A stretch of 64,000 nt of DNA from Prasinococcaceae sp. CCMP 1430 (Eukaryota; Plantae; Prasinodermophyta), in contig RQSC01000005.1 in assembly GCA_013416795.1 (NCBI GenBank), positions 413,943 through 477,942 on the forward strand, in the 5' to 3' direction. Under the pieces are notes generated by a model. It saw nothing but the letters and a program-made list of their open reading frames with translations. It ran no database searches and had not been told where the DNA came from. Position 1 is the first letter of the stretch, and each line of letters begins with the position of its first letter. The position numbers were made by a program, and so were the translations under genes. Shown piece after piece: positions 30,090 through 40,382 of the stretch.

Positions 30090-33064
30090 ATGCGCGCCTT
30101 GCCACCGCGTGCGCGCTTCTTGGAGCGCGTGTCATCGTCGNGGACGGCGGTATCGACGCCCCCGCCGCGCGTGGGGCGCCCGCTGGCGCCGGCGTGCCGC
30201 TCGGCTCGGCGCCGCCGCTGCCGTGGCTGCCCGGCGGCCCCGCGGCTTGCCTGCAGTCCATTGCGTCCGGCGCCACGCTGTGGGTGGGCTCGGCGGTGTT
30301 CGCGGTGTCGTTCGCGACGCTCATTTTCAGCGGGCCGGGCGCGCCCGACGACGCGCTCGCTGAGGGCATCGGCGTGGTACTCTTCAGCAGCGCGGTGAGC
30401 GCGGTGGTCGTGGCGTCGGCCAGCTCCATGCCGGTGGTCGCCGAGGTGCAGGACGGCCCGAGCGCGCTCTTCGGCCTCATCGCCGCGGACATTTTCTCGG
30501 GAGGTCTTCCGCAGGAGCTCATGCTGCCAACCCTGGAGGTAGCACTGGCGCTGACGTCCATAGTGTCCGGCGCGGCGTCAGTTGCCGTTGGCCGGCTCCA
30601 ACTTGGCACCGCCGTGCGCTTCCTACCGCAGCCGGTCGTCGGCGGCTTCCTGGCGGGCACCGGCTACGTGCTCGCGTGCGGCGGCTGGAAGGTGCTCACC
30701 GGTGAGCCTGTGTCCCTCGCCGGCGTGGAGGACGCGCTCGCCAACCCCACCGACGTGTACGCCACGCTGCTGCCGGGCGTGGCCTTCGGTGCGCTGTTGA
30801 CGTACGCCACGAAGCGCTCGCAGGAGTTCTATATCATCCCCGCGTGCATTGCTAGCAGCACCGCCGCGTACTTCGGCGGCATGTTCCTGTTCGGCCTCGA
30901 GCCGCAGGCGGTGATGGACCACGGATGGCTTTTGGGACCGTTCGAGGGCGTGGGCGATGGGCCCTTCCCGTTCAAGCCGCTCGCCCTTGACCCGCTGCGC
31001 CTGCTGCGCGTCGACTACGACTACGTGCTCGACCAGCTCCCGCGAGTGGCGACCATCGCGTCGCTGTCGGTCCTCGGAGTGCTGCTGAATGTCTCAGCGA
31101 TCGAGGTCGCGCTCGACCGCGACTCGAACGTGCGCTCCGAGCTCCAAGCGGCAGGGTTCGCGTCCATCCTGAGCGGGCTTGGTGGCGGCGTTGTCAACTT
31201 CCACTCGCTGAGCTCGACGTCGCTCGCAAAAAGCATGGGATCACGGAGCAGGCTGGAGGGGCTCACGGTGGGCGCCTGCTACCTCATCGCGCTCACTGTG
31301 GGCATGCCCTGGCTGGCCTTTGCGCCGCGCGCGCTCACCGGGGGGCTGTTGCTGTTCTTGGCCTTCGCCTTCCTGTACGACTGGGTGCTGACCGGGTGGC
31401 TCCGCATGCCGCGCGACGAGTACGCGGTGGTGGTGACCATCCTGTTTGCCATCGCGGCCTTCGGGTACTTGGCGGGGGTGGCGATCGGCCTGCTGGCAGC
31501 GGCGGCTATCTTCGTGGCGGATTACTCGAAGGTGCCCATCGTGCGCGCCTCCTTCAACCTTTCCGAGGAGGAGGGCGTGCGCTCGAGTGCCAGCTACTCC
31601 TTCGCGCAGCGGCGTGCAATCGGCGCGCGCGGGCGGCAGGCGTACGTGGTGGTGCTGCAGGGCTTCATTTTCTTCGGGACGGCCTTCAACCTTCTCTCCG
31701 AGCTGCGCGAGGTCGCGCAGAGTGCGGCCAACGCCGCCGCCGAAGGGATGGCCGACGCCGCGACCCCGTCCGCGGTGGATGACACTGGGGCACCGGCGTC
31801 CGAGGGACGCAGGGACGCCGAGGATGGTTCCGCGCGCAGTGCGCCGCAGCCACTGCGGTTCGTGATCCTTGATTTCTCATACGTCGTCGGAGTCGATGGT
31901 TCGGCCGTGAGTGTCTTTAATAAGCTGCGTTCCTTCGCCGAGGCGAGCGGCATTACGCTGGTGCTGTCTGGTATCGACTCGGCACGCGATGACCTCCGCG
32001 AGCTAAGCGCTGTCACTACGCGCGGAGAGATGGTCTCGCAGGGCCTCGTCGAACGTGCCAAGGGCGCCTCCCTCGACGAGACTGAGGGCGAGTCTGGCAT
32101 CGGCGCGGCAGACTTTGCTGTGCGAGTGGATTCGTTCGATGACGCGCTGCGCGAGGTGGAGGCGGCACTGCTGAACCAGGTGCCGGCTGAGGAATGGGCC
32201 GAGGTCGATGCTGCCAACGCGAACACCAGGGGCGGTGGCGCTGACGAGGGCGCCGGCACAGGCGCGGCGGTAGACTCTGCCGACGCGAGCGTGGGCGCGG
32301 GCGCGGGCGCGAGTAGCACCGCGTCCAGGGATGGCTCGGCGTCGGCGGGTGCAGCCATCCAGGGCAAGCTTTTCCAAGGCCGTACTGGGCGTGTCGAGTC
32401 GTTCGAGGATGTGGTGACCCTCGTGTGTCGCGACCGCGGCCGCTCCGGCGAGCTCTTCCCTGAGGACGACTCGATCCTGGTCCCGGGCGCTGGCCAGCCT
32501 CCGCACGAGGCCGAGAGCGCGCACGCGCTGGACGAGGACTTCTTCCGCGCTTGCTGGAAGCCGTTCGTCTTCGAAGAGGGCGACGTCGTGTGCCGTCGCG
32601 GCGACGTGGCCGACCGGCTGTACTATATCGAAAGCGGTGCGTGGACTGCCAGCGCGCCGGGCGGGCTGCTCTATCCCATCGAAAACGACTTCGTGGGCGC
32701 AGTGGGCTTCTACAGGAGCGCGTACTCGGGCACTGTGAGGTTTGCCGACTTGAGCGTGTCGCGTCGTGGAGTGGCGTGGGTTCTGGATGCCGATGCTGTG
32801 GAGGCGCTCGAGCTGCAGGCGCCCGAGCTGGCGGCCGCCTTTCACCGCGTGATGGCGTCACATCTGGCCGACACACTCGTGTCGAGGTCGCGCCTTGTGG
32901 CGCAATACTACCGCCGCAGCATGCCCCGCATCGCCGGCAGCGAGGACTCTGACGGCGACAACGCCGGCAGTGACAGCGACGACGGCGCGCGTGTTGGCTC
33001 GGACACGCCGGCTGTGGATGGGCGCGAGTACGACGGCTATAACACGGCATCGGAGTCTGGCTGA
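30090..33064 (+). CDS. SulP/SLC26-family anion transporter with STAS and C-terminal cyclic-nucleotide-binding domain
   Basis: AEVQDGPSA, VRFLPQPVVGGFLAGTG, ELQAAGFASILSGL.GG, STAS VLQGFIFFGTA...VILDFS.V.GVDGSA, cNMP FEEGDVVCRRGDVADRLYYIESG. Start tentative: the ATG at 30090 is out of frame across n30141. Confidence 0.85.
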
Positions 33065-33255
33065 CCGTTGCCGATGGCGAGTGCCGCGCGCGCACCCGCC
33101 ACCCCCCATCTATACCATTAACCGCGATCTGTACACACTCAGCGATGCTCACGCTTCCGTCTGCGCTGCTGTCGCCGCCACTGGAGCGACCCTCGCTGGC
33201 GCGGGTTGCTGGGTGAGGTGCGGCGCCCACGCACGAATTTTACAAGGTTCCGCGC

Positions 33256-34136
33256 TCACAGGCCCTGAACGACCTTGTCGTACCCCGTGAGCTTGCACCA
33301 CGACTCGAGCGCACTGACGGACTTGACGTACGCCGCCTTGGCCTCGCCAATCGAACCCGCCCCCGCCAGCACCGGCGCGCTCGTGACCCATGTGTCCGCC
33401 GCGGTCTTCTGCGCGGCGCTCACGCTCAGCCGCGAGATGGTGTCGGCGGCCGCCCAGTCGCCCTTGAGCGAGGCCTGCGCGGCAGAAAGGTCACCAGCCT
33501 CCAGCGCGCTGCCCGCCTGCGAGCGCGCGATAGCGGCAGGGACGAGCGGGCGGCGAGCGCCCCTTGTCAACGCCCATTCGCAAGCCCCGCATGCGCCGCG
33601 CGAGCTGCGCGGAATGTGCGGGCGAGCGCGGCGAGCGCGCCCGCGGCGCGCAGCGCGAGCCCGGCGCGAGGCGCAGGCGCGTGGCCGCGCGCGAGGGAGA
33701 GGAAGTTCCGCGCCTCGTACCTTGTAGAGCGACGTCACCGCCGTCTGCACGGCGTTCTCGTCCATCAGGTCGGCGTTGTCCGTCGCGTTGTTGACGCCCT
33801 CCGAGCGGGCAAAGTTGGCCATGACCTGCCTCTCGCGCTCGATCTTGGCCTTGCGGTTGGCGATGGCCTTCGCGACAAGCTCCTCGTCCTCGTCGTCCGG
33901 CAGCAGCGCGCGCGCGGGGCGGGCGCCGCCCGCGAGCAGCGCGACGCCCGCCGCGAGGCGGAAGCGTCGGAAAAGAAAACAAAGCGGCCGAACCAAAACA
34001 TCGCGACAGGCGGAGAAAATAAAAAAAAAAAAGGCGGGTCCGATCGANCCCGCGCGCGCGCGCTTTCGCGCACCGCCGCGACGCAGCCGCCAGGCGCGCC
34101 CACGCGCGCGCGATCCGCTCCGGCAGCGGCACATAG
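33256..34136 (-). CDS. MPH2: Thylakoid lumen 16.5 kDa protein (MPH2/TL16.5 family)
   Basis: ARA|LLPDDEDEELVAKAIANRKAKIER...LYK/AGSALEAGDL..A...AKAAYVKSVSALESW..LTG....QGL*. Intron 33517-33720. 5' end unresolved near n34048. Confidence 0.8.
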
Positions 34137-34837
34137 CACTCACTCCTCCCTCCCTCCTTTTTTCATCTCTTTTTTCTTTTTTTTTTCATTCGTCGCGTTT
34201 CTTTGTGCGCCTTTTTTCCGGGGGGCGCATTTGCATTTGCATGTCGCGTGGAGCGCGCGCACGCGGGGAAATGGCCCGGATTATCCTTTGGATTTTTTTA
34301 AAAAAAAGTAGGCATGTGTACAGTAGAAGTGCGAACGAAGCCTCGCGTCGTGGTACCGCATGCATTTGAAACGCGGATTTAAAAATAAAAATAATAAAAA
34401 TAAAAATAAAAACGGGTGGCGCGGGAGGTGGCGAGAGGGTTTGCACGTGCGCCGTTTTGACGGCATATGCAAGGCATTTCCAGTCGGGGCGGCCTCGCGC
34501 GCGCGGGTCCCGGTTTGGGTGTGGGCGTCCGGAGCCTCCCGACGGCGACGGTCTCCCCGTCAAAATGGTCGCGTTTTTTTCTTCTCCTTTTCGGCCGCGG
34601 CGTGCCGACGCGCGCGAGCGGCGCTTTTTGAGGTTTCCTGGCCCACCGCCCGGCGGCGGCAGCCCCTAGCGGCGGCGCGTTCCCCGACGGGTGAGAGATC
34701 GTGGCCACAGCTCGCGCTGTGCCGAGCGCGCCCGGCGCCGCGCCGCCGCGCCCCGGGCGGGGGGCGAGCGAGGGGATCCGGGTGGAATAGGGTTTGGGCG
34801 GGGACCCCTGCCTCGCTCCGCTGCGGCGAGGGCGGCG

Positions 34838-36131
34838 ATGGTGCTCCACCCGGCGGTGGTCGTGCGCGACCACCCCAAGGGCAGCAAGTACGGGCGCGGG
34901 CTGTTCGCGGCCGCGCCGATCGCAAAGGGCGAGGTCGTGTGGCTCGAGGACCACGAGGCCGAGCCGCAGCACGTCGTGGTGGCGCGCGACCGGCGATGGA
35001 TCGAGGCACTGCCGCCGGGCCCAAAGGCGGCGTACAAGCACTTCGTGTATCAGACCGGCGAGGACGAGTTCGAGTCGCTGCCTGAGTTCGACGTGCTGCC
35101 ACAAGAGGCGTGGGTGCGTCGGGAGGCGAGGGGTAGCACGCCCGCGCGGCGTAGAGCGCCGAATGCGGAAGCGGCGCCACTGACCGCGACGCCGCTCTGC
35201 CTCCCTGGCCGCGCGCAACGATCCCTCCACCGCCATCGCGCGCGCGCAGGCCCAGGCGGAGCCCGCGGATGTGTCCATGTACATGAACCACAGCTGCGAC
35301 CCGACGACGTGGTTCGAGTTCGACCACGAGGCGTACGTGGATGGGCCGGGCGTGATGACCGCGCGCCGCGACATCGCGGCGGGCGAGGAGCTCACCTTTG
35401 ACTACGCCACGAGCGAGGGCGCATTCGACCAGCCGTGGGTGTGCTGTTGCGGCTCGACCACTTGCCGCGGCACCGTGCGTGGTTGCGATTGGAAGCGCGC
35501 GGACCTGCAGGAGCGCTACGAGGGCCACTTCATGCCGTACCTCGCCGCGCGCATCTCCACGCTGCGTGAGCAGCGGCGTGCCGAGGCGGAGTGCGTGGAG
35601 CGCTGGGGGGTCACGCTCATGCGTAGCGACGAAAAGCAGCTGGGAAGGTACCTCGTGGTCAAGCGGCGCGTACCCAAGGGCGCCGACGTGATGGTTCTGC
35701 CGCCGAATCGCATCCTCAGGCACCACGAAGTCGACGACTTTGAGCGCATTCTGACTGTGCGCACGTCGGAGGACCCGGCTGACACCACAGGCGCACTGTA
35801 CAGCTACAGCCAGACGCCGGAGGACCTGGACAACTTCATGGCGCACTCGTGTGACCCCACCTGTGAGGCGGTGATCGACCCCGACACGCTGTGCGTCACG
35901 ATGCGCGCGCTGCGCGACATACCCGAGGGCGGGCTCGTGTCTTTCGACTACGAGACCACAGAGACGGACATGGTCGTGCAGGGGTGCTCCTTCACGTGCA
36001 ACTGCGGCGCTCGCAACTGCAAGGGCCATATCGTCGGCTTCCACGCGCGGCAGCGCATGGAGCAGGCCCGAGCGGGGCCGACGGCGGCCGCGGCACTCAA
36101 GCCGCCCGCGTGCAGCCCGGTGCCGGTCTGA
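34838..36131 (+). CDS. Protein with two tandem SET + post-SET domains
   Basis: Exons 34838-35113 and 35250-36131. SET1: GRGLFA, YMNHSCDP, RDIAAGEELTFDY, CCCGSTTCRG. SET2: GRYLV, FMAHSCDP, RDIPEGGLVSFDY, CNCGARNCKG. Confidence 0.88.
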
Positions 36132-36301
36132 CGCACGCGTGCTCCAGACTGGCTGCCCGGTGCGGCAGCGCAGAAATCGCGTATCCCGGGTCTGACGCCG
36201 CGTGCACTGCCACGTCGCGCAAGCTGCGACAGGGGTTTCTCAAAACCACACAAACATGTATAATGGAGAAATTTGTACAAACACATATACTGTACCAAGA
36301 C

Positions 36302-37460
36302 CTACGCAGTGGCGCCCTGACATGAGCTTCCCGCGCCTGCGGTGCAGCCATAGCAGTGCGAGTCGACCGTGACCTGCCTCCCCTCAAGCTGCTCGAGGCT
36401 CTCGAGCTCGAAAATGGAGCGCGGCGCACCGCCGCCCGCGCGCATGCCAAGTTGCTGATTGAAGTCGCAGTCATACAACGACCCGTCCCACGACACGGAG
36501 ACGGTGTTGGTGCACATGACATTCTCCGCAGCCGCAAGGTTGAAATTGTTGACGAGCAGCTCCATGTACTCACGCATCTTGCCCTCGCGTGCGAGCTGGT
36601 CGGCGAAGCGCTTGATGGGCATGTTGGTGAGAGCCAGGAGCGAGTCGAAGCTCACGCCGTAGCAGTCACGCAACTCGGCCTTGTACGCTTCCTGTAGCGA
36701 CGCCTGCGGGGGCGGGAGGAACGCCCTGCACGTCCATGCGCGAGCGCGTGTCGGCCGTGTCAGCAGGTGGCGGCGCGGGGGCGGCCTCAGCGGCGCACGC
36801 ACGGCCGCAGGCGCGCACTCACCCGCCGGGATTGTAGACGAGGTCCAGCAGGCGCTCCCCGCTGCCGTCGCCGTAGCCGCGTTCGTTGAGCTCCCGGAGC
36901 GCGCGAATGGAGCGGTCGAACACGCCGCGTCCGCGCTGCGCGTCCACGTTGGCCTCCGAGTAGCACGGAAGCGACGCGACGATGCGCACTTTCTGTTCTG
37001 CGAGGAAGTCTGCAAGGTCCTCCATGCCGTCCTCGCAAAGCACGGTGAGGTTGCAGCGGTCGATCACCTCGAGTCCCATCGAGCGCGCCTCTCGCACTAG
37101 ATAGCGGAAGTTTTGGTTGTACTCGGGCGCGCCGCCGGTGAGGTCGAGCGTGCGCACGCCGGGCGATGCACGCAGCAGCGCGATTATCTTCTCGGCGCCC
37201 TCGCGGCTGAGCGCCTCGGTGCGCAGCGGCGAGCTCTCCACGTGGCAGTGCGCGCACGCCTGGTTGCAATACAGCCCGACGTTGATCTGGAAGATTTCCA
37301 CCGTGCGTCGCACGAGCGTGTGTGCGGGGGCGCCCGCCTCCCCGCTAGCGCTCGCCGCCGCCGCTGCGCTCTGCAGCTGTTCGCCGAAGGGCTTGAGGCC
37401 CGAGACGTCGAGAGCGCGCCGCCGCGCGAGCCGCTCGGCGCGCGCCCGCTCGCGCGCCGC
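36302..37460 (-). CDS. arsS: Radical SAM/Cys-rich protein of the ArsS (arsenosugar biosynthesis; DUF3641) family; 5' end in gap
   Basis: QINVGLYCNQACAHCHVESSP (CxxxCxxC), LDLTGGAPE, IDRCNLTVL, VASLPCY...NVDAQRGRGVF, LDLVYNPGG/AFLPP, TNMPIKRF, MC...SVSWDG.LYDCDFNQQL, HCYGCTAGAGSSCQG. Intron 36726-36822 (phase 2). Confidence 0.88.
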
Positions 37461-37966
37461 NNNNNNNNNNNNNNNNNNNNNNNNNNNNNNNNNNNNNNNN
37501 NNNNNNNNNNNNNNNNNNNNNNNNNNNNNNNNNNNNNNNNNNNNNNNNNNNNNNNNNNNNNNNNNNNNNNNNNNNNNNNNNNNNNNNNNNNNNNNNNNNN
37601 NNNNNNNNNNNNNNNNNNNNNNNNNNNNNNNNNNNNNNNNNNNNNNNNNNNNNNNNNNNNNNNNNNNNNNNNNNNNNNNNNNNNNNNNNNNNNNNNNNNN
37701 NNNNNNNNNNNNNNNNNNNNNNNNNNNNNNNNNNNNNNNNNNNNNNNNNNNNNNNNNNNNNNNNNNNNNNNNNNNNNNNNNNNNNNNNNNNNNNNNNNNN
37801 NNNNNNNNNNNNNNNNNNNNNNNNNNNNNNNNNNNNNNNNNNNNNNNNNNNNNNNNNNNNNNNNNNNNNNNNNNNNNNNNNNNNNNNNNNNNNNNNNNNN
37901 NNNNNNNNNNNNNNNNNNNNNNNNNNNNNNNNNNNNNNNNNNNNNNNNNNNNNNNNNNNNNNNNNN
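37461..37966. other. Assembly gap containing the divergent 5' ends of arsS-like and the next gene
   Basis: 506 consecutive n. Confidence 1.
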
Positions 37967-39014
37967 CGGGCGGGGGGCGCGGCGCGTGCGCGCGTGCCGG
38001 GCGCAGGCGCGGCGTGCGACGGAGGAGCGGGTTGGGGAGGCTGGCTTCGACCCGCTGCGGATACTGGAGGGAGACAGCAGCGGCGGCAGCAGCGGCAACG
38101 ACGGCGATGCGCGCCTGTCGGCGCTCCCAGTGGTTGCGGCCGCGGCTGCGGCGGCGCTCGTCCCGGAGGTCCTGTCGCCGGCGAGCGCGGCGGCGGCCTC
38201 TGCGAAAGCGGCGGCGAACATCGACCCGTTCTTCACGTTCACCCCCGTGTGCCCGTACTCGGATGGCGTGTTTCGCGGCGGCCAGAAGCTGGCCCTCTTC
38301 GTCGCCGGCAATGACAACATCGAGGACTACCGCCCGCTCATCAATGACGTGCTCATCCGCGTGCGGACGGAGCTCTGCGTGCTTGAGAGCTTCACCCGCG
38401 AAACAGCGGTGCCCTTCGTGCAGGAGAAGGGCGTCGGGTGGGTGCTGCCGCTCCACGAGACCTCGGAGACATACCTCGCGGGCGTCGTTTTCATGGTAGG
38501 CGCGAACTTCATCCTTCTCGGCAGCACGAAGGTCGTGGCCATCCTGGCCATCTACCACGACCTTGTGCTCGGACTGCCGACGCGCACACTCTCAGGGCTG
38601 CTGGGACTCGCGGGCGTCGACGAGGCGGCCAGGGCGGACAAGGAGATAGAGGCACTGCTGGACAAGCAGGGGGAGGAGATGAAGGCGCTCATGTCCGACC
38701 GCGCGCTGGACCGCGACGAGCGCGAGCGCAGAACCGCAGAGATCACGGCGAGCTACTCCGATCGGATGGAGAGCCTGCGCTCTGGCGCTGACGAGGCCAT
38801 GGAGAAACGCAGCAAGAGCGCAGTGGGCAAGGCGATGAGCGCTGCGACAGCACTGTCTGTGCCGCTCGGGGTCTACGGCAAGCTGAGCTCCAAGCTGCGC
38901 GAGGTGCTCGAGCTCTTCGACACGTTCTGCTCGCGCTACTTCGTGGCGGTCACGGTGTTCTACGTCATCATCAAGTCTGTCCACTTCGTCCTTTTCCCGG
39001 ACATCTTTGGCTGA
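37967..39014 (+). CDS. Hypothetical membrane protein, probably plastid; 5' end in gap
   Basis: High-GC3 ORF. Transit-like linker, ordered domain FTPVCPYSDGVFR...YRPLINDVLIRVRTELCVLESF, two or three hydrophobic segments and a coiled-coil stretch. Confidence 0.7.
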
Positions 39015-39100
39015 GCGCTAGACACACACTCTCTATCTAGAGTAGACGCAGACCACCACGTACACAGATACACATGAATAAACTCGCGCAGGCCGCGGCC

Positions 39101-39907
39101 TCACTGCGCCTCATCGCCGGCCGCAGCGGCGTTGCTGCCAGCGACCGCGCCCGCTGCCGCAGCGGCCTGTTCGCCCCGCTGCCGCCGGCGCTCGAGCACG
39201 AGCGTGACCTCGCCGTCCGCCACCAGGCCTCTCCGCAGCGCATTGATGCAGTTGGCAAACTCCTCGCCGTCTGCGCCGTACATCGTGAGCGTGCGCCGCG
39301 GGGCCTCGCCAAAGCCCTGCGCATACGCGTTCTTGTATACGAAGGTGGTCGCGGTGCAACCACGCAGCACGTCGCCAACTTGTACCACCTCCGCCTCGGG
39401 CCCCCCCTGGAGGCGAGCGACTTTCGCCGCCTGCTCAGCGGCGCCGCCGGGCGTCAGCTCGACCACCTCGCAACGCCCTCGCCGGTCCTCGAAGCTGATT
39501 CCCAGCGGCCTGGGAAGGCTCACCGCGAACACCTGCGAGCGCTCGCCCAGCGTGTGGGGGAAGGCGAACGGCTGCGCCCGCGGGTTGCGCACGTCGCCCA
39601 CGGGCACGCGCAGCGTGACGTAGCTGTCCATGTCGGCGTCCTTGGCGATCGGCCATGGCGTGTACGACATGGGCGTGTATATGATATCCCCACGCCGGTC
39701 CTCGGCGAGCTTGTCCTCAGCGACGAGCTCGTCGATGATCTCCTCTGGCTCGCGCTTGCCCGCCCACACGCGCGACAACGCGTAGAAGGCGGCGGCGCCG
39801 GGGAGCAGCACCGACCAAGCCGAGGCCGCATCCGCGCGCTGCTGGCACTCGGCATCGAAGCACACCGCGGGCATGCCCAGCTCGGCCAGGTCCACGAGGA
39901 GCGGCAA
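39101..39907 (-). CDS. PDZ-like domain protein with one TM segment; start unresolved
   Basis: VSLPRPLGISFED...VVELTPGGAA...VQVGDVLR...ADGEEF..CINALR....GEVTLVLER, typical of plastid PDZ-like (MET1-type) modules. Confidence 0.65.
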   Translation of the reverse strand: MPLLVDLAELGMPAVCFDAECQQRADAASAWSVLLPGAAAFYALSRVWAGKREPEEIIDELVAEDKLAEDRRGDIIYTPMSYTPWPIAKDADMDSYVTLRVPVGDVRNPRAQPFAFPHTLGERSQVFAVSLPRPLGISFEDRRGRCEVVELTPGGAAEQAAKVARLQGGPEAEVVQVGDVLRGCTATTFVYKNAYAQGFGEAPRRTLTMYGADGEEFANCINALRRGLVADGEVTLVLERRRQRGEQAAAAAGAVAGSNAAAAGDEAQ

Positions 39908-40271
39908 CGACCCCAGCGCGTGCGGGAGCGCGCCGAGCGCCGCCCGCGCGGGGGCGCCCGCCGCGCGCGCTCGCTCGGGGAACCGCTACATCACGAACCC
40001 TCTAAATCAAACCCTAAAACGACTCAACCCAAACCTCACACTACGGCGGCGCGCGCACGCGCACACGTCAAACCGCACGGGATCAAAACCGATATTACTA
40101 AACCCTATATTGAAAATTGAAAACCGCAACCATAACCTCGACCCCTCAAATGCACGACACGCTGTGCTGTACAGTCGTACAGTACTACTGTCCATGCAGT
40201 GCCACATGCAGTGCGTAGCACTACGTACGTCCAGCGTGGCTCGGAAGTCGACAGGGGGTGCGGTGTGCCCG

Positions 40272-40382
40272 TCAGGGCCGAGGGGCGGGGGCGACCCCGT
40301 GCTCCGCCGCCACGCGCGCGTGCAGCAGGCTGTCCTCGGAGAGGACCCCGGCCCACGCGGAGAGGTCGCAGCCCGAGCGGAT
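40272..40382 (-). CDS. Probable last exon of a small unannotated gene (IRSGCDLSAWAGVLSEDSLLHARVAAEHGVAPAPRP*)
   Basis: TAG acceptor at 40383-40385, 37 codons with high GC3, TGA at 40272. Strong in-phase donor CAG|GTGCGA at 40547. TGTACA at 40168-40173 downstream. Confidence 0.35.
   Translation of the reverse strand: MRSGCDLSAWAGVLSEDSLLHARVAAEHGVAPAPRP

Noticed and set aside
36302-36340. Selenocysteine in the ArsS C-terminal GSSxGG-type motif
   Set aside because: The codon is TGT (Cys) and the stop is TAG; no in-frame TGA
34838-37460. Tandem-SET plus ArsS as an arsenic methylation/adenosylation gene cluster
   Set aside because: SET folds are lysine methyltransferases, unrelated to the Rossmann-fold ArsM; the convergent adjacency is not evidence
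40090-40110. CTAAACCCTA as a telomerase RNA template
   Set aside because: It is one of several telo-box-like motifs in a promoter island, with no recognisable Pol III promoter or terminator. An Infernal search with plant/algal TR models would be needed to reopen this.
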